64,000 bases of DNA from Octopus sinensis. Lineage: Eukaryota. The stretch spans positions 22,382,001 through 22,446,000 of the forward strand of contig NC_043009.1 of NCBI RefSeq assembly GCF_006345805.1, read 5' to 3'. How positions within the stretch are numbered: the stretch's first letter is position 1; each line of letters opens with the position of its first letter. Positions 51,195 to 63,495 of this stretch are shown one piece after another. The notes under the pieces were generated by a model that saw only the letters and a program-made list of their open reading frames with translations, made no database searches and was not told the origin of the DNA. A program made the position numbers and the translations under genes.

Positions 51195-51247
51195 TCCTGA
51201 TGATTTCTTTTTCTTTTGAATGAAACAGTTCTGGTCCTGTAGAAGCT
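51191..51247 (+). ncRNA. Type I hammerhead ribozyme motif (canonical core CUGAUGA), predicted cleavage after 51241
   Basis: agcttc-CTGATGA-tTTCtttttcttttGAAt-GAAA-CAG-ttctggtc-CTG-TA-gaagct; AATAAA at 51258-51263 lies downstream. Confidence 0.65.
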
Positions 51248-51333
51248 CCTTCTATAAAATAAATAAATTAATTTACTCTGCTATGTATTGAGTACCTTAT
51301 TTACTGTGGTTAACCCCGACTCAACCCGGGACC

Positions 51334-51399
<66 letters not shown>

Positions 51400-52022
51400 T
51401 CTGTGTCTGTGTTTGTCCCCATAGCATTGCTTGACAGCTGACGCTGGTGTGTTTAGTCCCCTAACTTAGTGGTTCGGCAAAAGAGGCCGATAGAAAAGTA
51501 ACTAGCCTTACAAAGAATATGTCCTGGGGTTGATTTGCTAGACTAAAGGTGGTGCTCCAGCATGACCACAGTCAAATGACAGAAACAAGTAAAAGAGTAA
51601 AAGAGATATATATATGTGCGTGTGTGTGTATATATATGAGTATTTGTATGTGTGTATATGTGCATATATATATATATATATATAAACGTGTGTTTTCTAC
51701 AGCTGCATGCCTTTTATGCGGCTAGTCTTCATGTGTTTCTAGGTTACAACATAAATAAACATATACATACAAATACATACATAAAAGAACAGCTGGCACA
51801 CACACAGTCAACTGACACGCATGTACACACATGCACATACATATGGCCTATTGAAACACACAGACATGCACAATACATGCATAAATGTGATACAGATATA
51901 TGTATGCAACTGACACTTTTGCACAATTGAATCACACATGCAGATGTGCAATTAACACATGCACATATACACGGCTGACATATACATGCATATATATATA
52001 CACACAACTCACACATACATAC

Positions 52023-52055
<33 letters not shown>

Positions 52056-52562
52056 TACATATACACAACTAACAAATACACACACACAGATATATACATA
52101 CAAAGCTGATATATATGTGTATATACATATATTCATAGCTAAAACATACATGAATATATATACACACATATACACAACTGACATACAATACAATCTGGTA
52201 ACCAAATGAATCAAATTTCTACTAGTACATTACCCCCTTCTCTCCATCCTACTCCCTATCTTTTTCTCACACACACTCAACCACGTGCGTACATTCTCCT
52301 CACACAATCCAGATTTACTTTGTGTTAAATTAATATTTTATTGAAAGGAAGTTTATCAGTCGGCATTGTGGAAGAAATGGACTAAAAGACTGAGATTATA
52401 GGAAGACAATAGGTGTTTGTGTAATAAATAGCTTCAGAACTTTGAGAGAGAAAGATCGGATATGTGTGCACATGTTTCATATATATATATATAGATGGAC
52501 AAACACATACACCTATGTGCAATACAAATGAGTATGGAAGGTAAATGTCTGTGCATATTATA

Positions 52563-52603
<41 letters not shown>

Positions 52604-52669
52604 TATATATATTTTATAGTTGTTATTATATATATAGATTATATATATTATAATTTTAATCCAAACGGG

Positions 52670-52945
52670 AAACAAAAAACAACAACAAATGGAACAATTA
52701 CAGTATTATTATTAATTAGCGCTCAGGAAAGAAGCAGGAGGTATGACGTTTCGAGCGGAGCTCTTCGTCGGAAACATAAGAAGGAGAGAGAGGAAAGAAA
52801 GATCCCAGAGCGGGCCACAGGGAAAGAGAAAAAAGACGACTGGTGTTTACGAGTTGCACATGGTGAAAGGCGGATTTGTTACGAAAACAGAGCAAGTGGT
52901 TTTTAAAGGCAAAAGAGTGGAGACAAGGTTGGTAACGCACAGATG
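52670..52945 (-). mobile_element. Probable 3' terminal (pLTR-like) segment of the Penelope-like element, with a degenerate hammerhead-like motif
   Basis: Non-microsatellite block in the same orientation, downstream of the ORF beyond a 2.6-kb (CA)n-like tract. It contains CCGACGA-A-GAGC-TCC-GCTC-GAAA-CGTC on the minus strand (52745-52771). Confidence 0.55.
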
Positions 52946-55620
52946 TGTGTGTATGTGTGAGTGTGTGCGTGTGTGTATGTGTGTGTGTGAGGCGAGATGA
53001 AAAAAACAAAAAATATATTTGTGTGTTAGTGTGTGCGTCTGTGTGTAGGTGTGTGAGTAGGGCGAGACAGTGGTCAGCTTAGCAGACAAAGGTCAGTAGT
53101 AAAAAAAGAAGGAAGGAGGAAGGGAGGGAGGGGAAGGGGTGGGGGCGTATGTAGCGTGCCAGCGTGTGTTGAGTAGTAGTGTGTGTGTGTGTCCAGTGTC
53201 GTGGTGGTATAAATGGCGAGTAGATTGAATGTGTGTAAGAGTAATGTATATATTTAAGCAATGTGTGTATATGTGTGCGCGTGTGTGTAACGAAAAGGGG
53301 GGGTTAAGGAAAAAGGACTCCAGCTGAGGGGAAGATGGAAGAGTGGTCCCGCGGAGGCGGGCGTGGGAAAACCCAACGACACGCGACGGTCCCAGGAACG
53401 GGCGGGAGGTCTTGTCGGTTCCAAAGCGATGCCTGCGGAGCGTATGCGTGCGCGAACCGGTGCAAGCGCGTGCGTGCGCGCGCCTGCGAGTATGTGCGTA
53501 AGTATGTATGTGTGTGGATGTGTGAGTGTGTCTGTGTGTATGTCCGGGTGGCAGTGTGTCCGATGAATGTATGTGAGTATGTGTGTATGTATGTGTGTGC
53601 ATAGATGTATGTCTGTGGTGTATGTGTGGTGTGTGTGTATGTGTGTGAGTGTGTATGTATGTACGTGTGGGTGTGGGGAAGTGTGTGGTATGTGCATGTG
53701 TGTGCGCGTACATACAGGTGTGTGAGTGAGTGTGTGTGTGTGTATGTATGTGTGAGTGTGTATGTATGTGTGTGTAGGATGCATGTATGTGTATGGGTGT
53801 ATGTATGCGTGTGTGTATGTATGTATGTGTATGTGCGTGTGTGTGTGTGTATGCGTGTAGGTGTGCGCGTGTGCATGCATGTGCGTATGTGTGTGTGTGT
53901 GTGCGTGTGTGGGTATATATGTATGTGCGTATATGTGTGTGTATGTGCGTACATGTGTGTGTGTGTGTATGCATGTGTGTGTATGTAGGTGTGTAGGCGT
54001 GTGTGTATAGGTGTATGTATGTAAGTATGTATGGGTGTGTCCGTGTATGTGTGTGTATGTATGTGTGTGTATGTAGGTGTGTGGGCGTGTGTATATGTGT
54101 GTGTGTGTGGGCGTGTGTATGTCTGGGTGTGTCCGTGCATGTTTGTGTTTGTGTGTGTATGCATGTGTATGAAGGTGTGTGTGTACGTGTGTAATGTATG
54201 TGTGTGTGCGTGCGTGTGTGTATGTAGGTGCGTGTGTATGTGTGTGGGAGTGTAGCTGTGTGTGTGCGTGCGTGTGCGTGTGCGTGTTTATGTTGGTGTG
54301 TGCGTATGTGAGTGTGAGTGTATGGGTGTTTGTCATGCATGTGTGTGCGCGTGATGTGGGTGTGTGTATGTTTTGTGTGGAGGGTTATGTGATGTGTATG
54401 TCTGTGTGTATGTATGTGCGTATAGGAGTATGTGGGTATGTGTGTGTGTATGTATATGGGTGTATGTATGTATGTGTGTGTGTGTGCATGTGTATAAGTA
54501 TATGTGTGTGTGCGTATGTGTGTGTGTTTATGTATGTGTGTATGTATGTGTGTAGGCGTGTGTGTGTAGATGTATGTATGTATGGGTGTGTGTCCGTGTG
54601 TGTTTGTGTGTGTGTGTAGGTAGATGTGTGTGTCTGAGTGAGGGTATGGCTGTGTAGGTGTGTGTGTGTATGAATGTAAGTGTGTGTGTATACAAGTGTA
54701 ATGTATGTATGTAGGTGTGTGTGTGTGTGTGTATGTGTACGTGTGCGTGTGTATGTGTGTGTGTGTATGTGTGTGAGTGTGAGTGTATGGGTGTATGTCT
54801 GTGTGTGTGTATGTCTGAAGTAGGTATGTATGTGTATGTATGTGTGTGTGTGTGTGCAGGTATGTGTGTGTATGTGTGTGTGTGAGTAGGTGTGCGTGTA
54901 TGTATGTGGGTAGGGATGCATGCGAGTGTGTGGGTATGTATGCATACATACGCACGCGCACATCCGAAGCAAGCCCACACACACGAAGCGCGCCCACGCA
55001 CACAACGCACAAGCAGTACAACGCAAGCCCAAGGGGCCGACCAAGCCCCCAGCGCGCGCCAAGGCGCGCGAGCGCAAAGGCCCTCGAACGCCCCGCTACG
55101 CGGGAACCGAGGATCCATCAGCCAAACCGGAAAGCAGAAAAGAGGGGGGGCTGCCTGGATGCAAAAAGTGTATGTGTGTGTGCATTCAGTGTAAGGGTGT
55201 GCATGTGTAGGTATGTATGTATGTATGTGCCTACATGTATGTTTGCATGTGTGTGTGTGAAGTATGTACGTGCGGTGTGTGTGTGTGAGTGTGTGTGTAT
55301 GTATGTGCGTATGTATGTGTGTGTGTATGTGTGTATGCATGTCTGTGTGTGTGTGTGTGTGTGTAAGTATGTATGTGTGTGCGTATGTATGTATGTGTGT
55401 GTGTATGTGCATGTTGGTTTGTATGTTAGTGTGTGTTAGTATGTCTGTAAGTGTGTGTGATTAAATGTGTGAATGTATGTACGTAGATGGGTCTACGTAT
55501 GTGTGTGTGTGAACAGGCGTGTGGGAGGTAGGTGGGTGGGTGGGTGTGGGAGGTAGGTGGGTGGGTGTGTGCGTGTGGGAGGTAGGTGGGTGGGTGTGTG
55601 TGGGTGGTGTGTCCACAAAA
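52946..55620. repeat. 2.6-kb degenerate (TG)n/(TATG)n tract with two GC-rich islands (about 53290-53490 and 54950-55170)
   Basis: Direct reading; source of the 642-aa HT-repeat ORF. Confidence 0.9.
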
Positions 55621-55640
55621 AAAAAAAAAAAAAACGGATC

Positions 55641-57104
55641 TCAAGAGGAGGGGGCTGTGTTAAGTCCGTGTGGGGTGGTAGTTTGTAGGGTGAAGATGTA
55701 GCGTTGCTCCAAGTGGAGCCTGGAAAGTGGGCGACCATGGTGGGGGGCGAGACCAAACACTGAGATGTCATCTAGGGAATGGCCGGCCGAGCGGAAGTGG
55801 CGTGCGACGGGAGAAAGAGAGTGTAGGCGAACGTCCCTCAAGTGTTCAGTGAAACGGTCGGACAACCGGCGTCCCGTCTGTCCTACATACAGCATCCCGC
55901 ATAGGTTGCATTTAATGCAGTAAATAAGGCCAGACGAGGTGCACGTAAAAGAGTGCCTAATGCGTACAGTGTGCAGGTTGGAGCCGGTGACAGCGGTGGT
56001 GTTGGTGATGAAGGGGCAAGTGTTGCAACGGGATCTAGAGCAAGGGAATGATCCGTGTGGGGCTGAGGGGGAAGGAGAGAGGGTGCTGTGGACCAGGAGG
56101 TCACGCAGATTGCGGGCTCGTTTGAAAGAGGACAGGGGTAGGTTAGGGAAAATGGGGCGGTGGTGGGATCAAGCTGGAGGCGCCGGAAGGCACGTAGTAT
56201 CTTGCGACGAAGGGGTAGGGTAGAGGGTGGAAAAGGAGGGGGAAGGGGGTGCGGTTGGGGGGTGGGCGGGGGGAAGGAGACAGGGCGGTGTAGTGCGGTC
56301 GATGCGACGGGCGCGGGTGAGGGCATCAGAGAGGAGTATGGGTGGGTAACCTCGGAGTCTGAACATGCGGGCCAGGTATTGAGATTGGGTCTCGAAATCC
56401 TGGTCGCGGCTGCACAAACGTCGGAGGCGGAGGAACTGGGAGTAGGGGATGGCTCGTTTGGTGTGGAAGGGGTGGGAGGAAGAGAAGTTGAGATAGAGGT
56501 GGGAATCCGTAGGTTTAAAAAAGGCGGTGGTGGTGAGAGAGCTGGAGGGGTGATCGATGCGGAGAGAGATGTCAAGGAAGTTGACAGAGGTGTTGGAGAT
56601 GGTGGAGGTGAATTAAAGAGAGGGGTGAAAGTTGGAAAGGAAAGAGATGAATTGGCAGAGAAGTTCACGGGAAAGGGAGGTGGCACCTACGCAGTCGTCG
56701 ATATAGCGACCGTATAGTTCGGGGGTCGGCCCAGAGAACTGGGAGAACACTTGGGCCTCAATGTAGCCAAGAAAGAGATTGGCGAAATTGGGGCCCATCC
56801 TAGTTCCCATCGCGACCCCGGACACCTGTTGGTACGTTTCCCCGGCGAACGTGAAGCAATTGAGGGTGAGGACGAGCTCAGCCAACCGGAGAAGGGTGGG
56901 GGTGCTGGGGGTGGGGTCAGGACGACGGTCGAGGAAGTGTTGGAGGGCTAGGAGACCGTCATTGTGGGGAATCACTGTGTACAGGGATTTTACATCTAAA
57001 GTGAAGAGGAGGTGTGAGGGGCTGGAAGGGAAGGAAAAGGAATTGAAGAGACGGAGGGCGTGGTTGGTGTCGTGTATGTGGGATGGGAGGGCTGCGACTA
57101 AGGG
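55641..57104 (-). mobile_element. Penelope-like retroelement (probably Neptune clade), 5'-truncated ORF remnant: RT + thumb + Cys-rich linker + GIY-YIG endonuclease
   Basis: RT motifs [35 protein letters not shown] and YGRYIDD; thumb FLD...KPTDSHLYL...HP.HTKRAIPYSQFLRLRRLCS; linker CSRSRCNTC; endonuclease LIYCIKCNLCGMLYVGQTGRRLSDRFTEH...EQRYIFTLQTTTPHGLN. There is one in-frame TAA (56613-56615) and at least two compensating frameshifts around 56150-56280. The 5' end abuts a (TA/TACA)n tract. Confidence 0.93.
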
Positions 57105-57138
57105 ATATACATACATATATAAATACATATATACATAC

Positions 57139-57205
<67 letters not shown>

Positions 57206-58257
57206 CACACATATATATACACACACACACATATATATACACACACACACATATATATATATATACACATACATATATATATATACACATACATATATAT
57301 ATGTATATATATACATACATACATATATATACATACATGTGTGCGTGTATGTATATATATATACATACATGTGTGTATGTGTATATATACACACATACAT
57401 ACATATACACATACACACACATACGGAAAGAAAAATGTCAATATGTGTGTGTGTGTGTGTGTGCATACACACATGTGGACATTCTCTTTTCCATATGAGA
57501 TTTTCTCAAAGGTAATTGTGACTTTCACACCCAATACTTGTTGAGAAAAAAAAAGAGAAAGGAAAAACAGAAAAAATAGCTTGTTTGCATTTATCAGGAC
57601 TTTTAATGGACACACACACACACACATCACTTCTCTCCATTGACGTTTTATTCTCGCAATGAATAAAGTGTCCATTGTATGTTGATGATGTTAATTCTAG
57701 TCCAAAGAAAGAAAACTAAATACTGAAAAAAAAAAGACCCTACTTTCACTAAATGGCCTTAAGAAACACTGTTAAGCATCAGCAAACATTCAGTGCTGGT
57801 TCTTGCGTTTTGTAGGCATTTGCGAAGACCTTTATATGTAGTATAGAATATGTTCATATTTCAGCTAAGCTCTGTGAGAATTAAAGATAATTGTGTTGTT
57901 AAAGTGCTGGCCTTATCTACTTATTGACAGGATATTCATGTTCACTGAGTCTTTCTTTCTGGCAACTACACTTTGTTCTCAATGACTCACATTCCCTAGC
58001 TGTACATAGGCTACCCTCTTCGAAGATACTAGGGCCAACTCAAAGTTACACTGAAAGCCACTGGAATTAAGCCTAAGTTGTTTGAAACAGAAGCCCAAGA
58101 CCATACCAAATGTCGGTGTTCCATCACCATCGGAACCATAAACTTTGAAGCCACCATAACAGAAAAGGAAGAAATGAAGGACACTGCTTTTATGAGGGTG
58201 ACACTTGGTTACAGGAATCATGCCATGTCAAGACAAGGAGACCCCCCCCTCCACCTC

Positions 58258-58291
<34 letters not shown>

Positions 58292-60689
58292 CCGATGCCA
58301 GTGCCGCCTTGACTGGCTTCTGTGACGGTGGCACGTAAAAAGCACCAACCAATCGTGGCCGTTGCCAGCCTCCCCTGGCACGTGAAAAGCACCCACGACT
58401 CTCATGTAGTGGTTGGGGTTAGGAAGGGCATCCAGCTGTAGAAACACTGCCAGATCAGACTGGAGCCTGCTGCAGCCTCCTGGTTTCCCAGACCCCGGTC
58501 AAATCATCCAAACCATGCTAGCAAGGAAAACAGACATTAAACGATGACGATGATGATGATGATATATATCAAAATAAGCAACAAGGATATCCAGAGGTAG
58601 TGCAGTACGATCATTTCATGCGACTCCATTTAATTGAACAATGTAAACATAACATCAATTTAAAATGTAGAGCAATCTTCAGCTGCACAAAAAACATAGA
58701 ATTTAATTAAAGCAGAATTTAATTTTAATTTTTGTTTCAGTCCACCAAGAGGCAGCGTTGTTGCTGTCAGAAATTTCGTGGTTGAATGGATTGTGGAGCA
58801 GGGGGAGTAATGTGGTGATGTGGAAAGAAACCCAGTAGCTTTTAAGCCGTGTATTAGCAAATATTCATATATGTAGATACATATTTTTTCAAAGCCTATT
58901 ACAACCATGAGGTGATATAGTGGATGAGAATTTGTGTGTGTGTATATCTATTTTTGTTTTTGACGTTGCTTGTTGACATATGGCCTCATTTTACAAATGT
59001 TTGTGCATATGCACACACATAGGTGAGTGGGTATCCATACATATTTATAATTTACACACACACACACACAGATCGCATGCCCTTGACAAGCTGATTACCT
59101 AACGAGCTTTCGAATATAAACATGTTTTATGGAATACCCTGTGTATGTTGTGAGTGTTATGCATTTAAACAAACACACATCTACATTTTATATGACATTA
59201 CAGAAAAACAGATGCTAAAATAATGACGACAACAACGAGGACATAATTTTGTATCTATGTATGAATCTACATGTGTGATACATTCATGTGATTCCATGTG
59301 CGACTAAGAAAACAGTACCAAAGCTTCAGAGTACACAGCTCTCTCCCTCTCTCTCTTCATTTAAGGTGTGACCTTGCCATGTGCCTGTGGTTAGAAATAG
59401 GTCAGAAGAGACTCAAACCCTACCAAATCAGTTCAACCACATATGAAAGCTGATTGACAATAACCAACATATTAAGACCAAAGTTATTTTATTGGAATCT
59501 TCCATTATTTCCAAAATTAATTTTGAAATGACAGTAGAGTTTCAACAGAAATAAAGTAACAAAAGCAACAAATTAACCCTTCAGCATTCAGATTCCTCTG
59601 TCAAATGTAATGTTTGTTTATATTCAGAATGACATTGTAGGGTAGGTATGAGATGCCAGATCTGGTTGGTTTGAGCCACATATAGCTGGTTTAAATGTTA
59701 AAGGGTTAAAGATAATCTGTGATTTGAAGGAGATTTAGTTGCTCTTTCCAGCAGATCAAATTGCCACATGCACAATATTAATATTTAGCAGAAGAGTGAC
59801 TCAAGGGCAAAGAGTTTCATGCATTAACACTTACCAAACTCAAAATAATATATATGATGATGATATATACACTTCCATCACCAAACCTGTATATATATAT
59901 ATACACTTTATTCTTCTATTTGTTTCAGTCATTTGACTGCGGGCATGCTGGAGCACTGCTTTAGTTGGAGAAATTAACCTCGGGACATTCTTTGTATTAC
60001 TTATTCTGTATCATTTGTTGAACTGCTAAGGTACTAAGACGTAAACACACCAACATTGGTTGTCAAATGATAGTGTGGGGACAAACACAAACATATACAT
60101 AAATATATACATATATGTACGATGACAATGTATATATTGTTGATGCATATTAGTAAAAGATGTAAGGCGATGTTGATCATTCAGAATTTGAGCTCAAAAC
60201 AGCAAATAGTGGTAGTGATTTCTTGATTCCAAACTCTTCTCATTAGTAAGAGACTTTATCTGGCTAATTTATTCTACCTGTTTTACGTTCAAGCTGACCA
60301 GATCCAGCCCTTCACACCTACCCTACAATGCCATTCTAAAAACAAACAATCATCATCACCGAAACCTCAAAGCGATAAAATAACGAAGGGTTATCCCTTT
60401 AGCATACAGATTACTTTGTCAAATGTAATCGTTAGTCATTCACATTGCTTCAAATTAATCCTGTATTATCTTGTAGCTTTGAGATTTCGAAGATGTGGTT
60501 ATTCTTTTGCTTGTTTCAGTCATTTAACTGTGGCCATGCTGGAGCACCGCCTTTAGTCGAGCAAAACGACCCCAGGACTTATTCTTTGTAAGCCTAGTAC
60601 TTATTTTATCAGTCTCTTTTGCTGAACTGCTAAGTTACAAGGATGTAAACACACCGGCATCAGTTGTCAAGGGATGTTGGGAGGGACAA

Positions 60690-60728
<39 letters not shown>

Positions 60729-61256
60729 CAACGAGCTTCTTTCAGTTTCCGCCTACCAAATTCACTCACAAGGCTTTGGTTGGCCCGAGGCTATAGTAGA
60801 AGACACTTGCCCAAGGTGCCACGCAGTGGGACTGAACCTGGAACCATGTCGTTGGTAAGCAAGCAATTTACCACACAGCCACTCCTGTTGTTTATTTTCT
60901 AGAAGGGCATTGCAGGGTAAGTGTAAGAGCCCAGATCTTGTTAGTTTGAATGCTAATTAATGACAATGTGAATAAATAAGCGTTACATTTGATTGAGTAG
61001 TCTCAATGCTAATGGGTTAAATATGCAGTCCAATGTCTAAAATAAGCACAAAATAAAAGATATATACACAAATACATACACACACAAACAAACATATATA
61101 AAATATTATATATATACACACACACAGGATCAACACTCAATATGATATCACAACACTCTAATGATATTTCACATGAAACCTGAAAATATCTCAAATAAAT
61201 ATATAAAACGGTCTTTGCAGTGTTGAAAATTGAATCAAATTTGGAATATATGAAAT

Positions 61257-61292
<36 letters not shown>

Positions 61293-61768
61293 TAAGGAGA
61301 GGTGGGGAAGGAGGAGAAGTGTGATATTTAAGAACTAAAGAAACATTTTATACACTGTCTATACACATGATATACTTTCTTCTACCAATCTATCTTGCTT
61401 GTCCTGTAGCTGTATGCACATACCTATTTGTATGTGTATAGACACACACACACATAACCACGTGTAGATAATCTCACAAAGTGAAAAGTTAAAAAAAGCT
61501 TCTGAGTGTGTTTGTATGTGCATGTCTGTGTATGTGCACACACACACACATATACAATAAAATGCATATCCTCTATAAAAGAAGTATGCATAGTTAAACA
61601 CTGTATATGTCTCCAAATATATATAACACACACACACACACACACATAAACATACATGCATATACACACAAACAAACGTATATATATATATACTAGCAGA
61701 ATTGCCCGGCGTTGCTCGGGGCTGAATTGCTTGAAAGTACTGTTAATGATTGCACTGAATTATGATGA

Positions 61769-62299
61769 TTATTCAGGCAAATATTGATATAAGCTTACGG
61801 TGGGAGATAAGGACTTAACGATCAAACGTGTGCCATTGCATTGTTTTGGGGGAACCAAATTTCTGATGAGCATTATAGGGGCACCAACTTTAAGTTTGAG
61901 AAAGTGTGGTGGTAGTCCGGGGTGCTCAAAGGAATTGAGTACCTCTATTGGATAGTTGATGACCTCCTCTGGGTCAGGAGTTGTATCGATAGACTGATAT
62001 ACATAGACTTCCCCAGGAATGAGTTTTAGCATTTCATCATTAATATGGTGAACAGTTTTATTCCTCGGGGCCAGTATAGCCTTTTTGCCAATCCAATCCA
62101 TATTCTGATAATTAGCTTGTAGATCTGGGAACACTGCATCTCTGAGATCAGAAGGCGTCTTAACAATGGTACAAATGGAATCGATGGCAATATTACCATT
62201 TTCATCCCCTGGTATTTTGCCTTCGCCAAGTGCAAGGAGGGTGTGAGGAAATGCTGCTGATGTGATATTACGTCGCATATGAGCACGCATATTGGTGTG
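61769..62299 (-). pseudogene. Pif1-family (Helitron RepHel) helicase fragment carried by Helitron copy 2
   Basis: 173-aa open frame nearly identical to copy 1 (for example IPGEV versus IPWEV). Confidence 0.9.
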
Positions 62300-62545
62300 A
62301 AGTTTGAGAGTTACTTCCGTTTATTTTTAAAAATATGCATTAAAATGGAAAAAAATGATGGTAAATTATTTGTAAAATCATAGACTCATCGTAGACGCGC
62401 GCTAATACCCAGAAGGGCTCGATATGAATCACGACTATAAGATACAGTAAAACTGTATTGGTTAAACTGCATCGCAAAATGTGGGAGTAGTTAGGAATCT
62501 AAATCGGAGTAGACAGACACACAACCTTTCTTTTATATATAAATA

Positions 62546-63020
62546 TTTTCGTCCTAAAAAACTTTGTATGGATTGAATGGTTACCTCTATGGAAATATAT
62601 ACACGCACATTATACATACATGTGTGTATAGATGAATATATAAATACATTTAAATATCTATATACACTTTTGGGCGATCTTTCTGTTTCTTAGAGATAAC
62701 TTTAGATCTTATTTTCGTGCTAAAAAACTTTGTATGGAGTGAATGGTTACCTCTATGGAAATATATACACACACGTTATACATACATGTGTGCATAGATG
62801 AATATATAAATACATTTATATATCTATATACACTTTTGGGCGATCTCTGTGCTACTTAGAGATAACTTTAGATCTTATTTTCGTCCTAAAAAACTTTGTG
62901 CGGAGTGAATGGTTACGTGTATGGAAATATATACACACACATTATACATACATCTGTGTATAGATGAATATATAAATACATTTAAATATCTATATACACT
63001 TTTGGGCGATCTTTCTGCTA
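62546..63020. repeat. About 3 units of the same 166-bp tandem repeat in Helitron copy 2
   Basis: Unit starts at 62546, 62712 and 62878. The third unit is interrupted by a MITE and resumes near 63500. Confidence 0.85.
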
Positions 63021-63027
63021 CATGGAT

Positions 63028-63495
63028 ATAGGGGCGATGTTTCGCTTGTCGTAGCACACGTTTCCGTCGATTTCCGTAAAAATGTAAACACTGAATCGGC
63101 CATACATACATACATACATACACACACACATACATGCATACATACATATACACATAAACCGAGTAAAAAATTTCAGTTATCTCTCTCTTTCACACATTAC
63201 TCTCTCTGTCTCTTCACACACACTAACAGAAGCACTTCACTTACACAACATACTGTCTGTCTCCCACACTCCATCAAACACACACACACACACACATGTA
63301 CATCAATGCGTCCCATGCACGGTAACTTCAAAAGAACTTCCCTCGTCATACAATCGCTTTCTCTTAGTCTCTTTCGCTCTCATTACTTATGTAAAAAAAT
63401 AATTTTTTTACGGAAATCGACAGAAACCTGTGCTACGACAAGCGAAACATCGCCGATATGGCGATGTGCTACGACAAGCGAAACATCGCCGATAT
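63028..63495. mobile_element. MITE with about 50-bp TIRs inserted in Helitron copy 2; superfamily unassigned
   Basis: 63033-63082 is the reverse complement of 63405-63454 with 2 mismatches. The right terminus is duplicated at 63466-63495. The element is absent from copy 1. Confidence 0.7.

Larger units (their letters stand above)
51127..51336. mobile_element. Collapsed fold-back element of the same family (palindrome 51127-51264 centred on gaagcttc, plus the shared tail 51265-51336), inserted in the internal (TA)n of a SINE
   Basis: The tail is the reverse complement of 37520-37594 with few differences. The palindrome is perfect except for a 6-nt insertion in the right arm. It is flanked by (TA)n of the SINE at 50932-51605. 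Confidence 0.85.

Noticed and set aside
53093-55439. 642-aa His/Thr-rich ORF and overlapping ORFs
   Set aside because: Translation of a degenerate (CA)n tract; no domain signal.
57990-58050. Minus-strand exon candidate (CNFELALVSSKRVAYVQLGN|gtgagt) as the upstream GEMIN5 exon
   Set aside because: It does not match the expected HLGLFxDR-type sequence and ends in the wrong phase.
58741-58755. CTCF-like motif ccaccaagaggcagc, and a plus-strand acceptor just before it
   Set aside because: Two mismatches at core motif positions; all frames close within about 35 codons without recognisable homology.
44331-60887. Inverted SINE A pair (44331+ / 60503-) promoting circularisation of the 47109-47246 exon
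   Set aside because: With this many SINE copies in both orientations such pairs are inevitable, and closer intra-intronic pairs would compete; there is no specific evidence.
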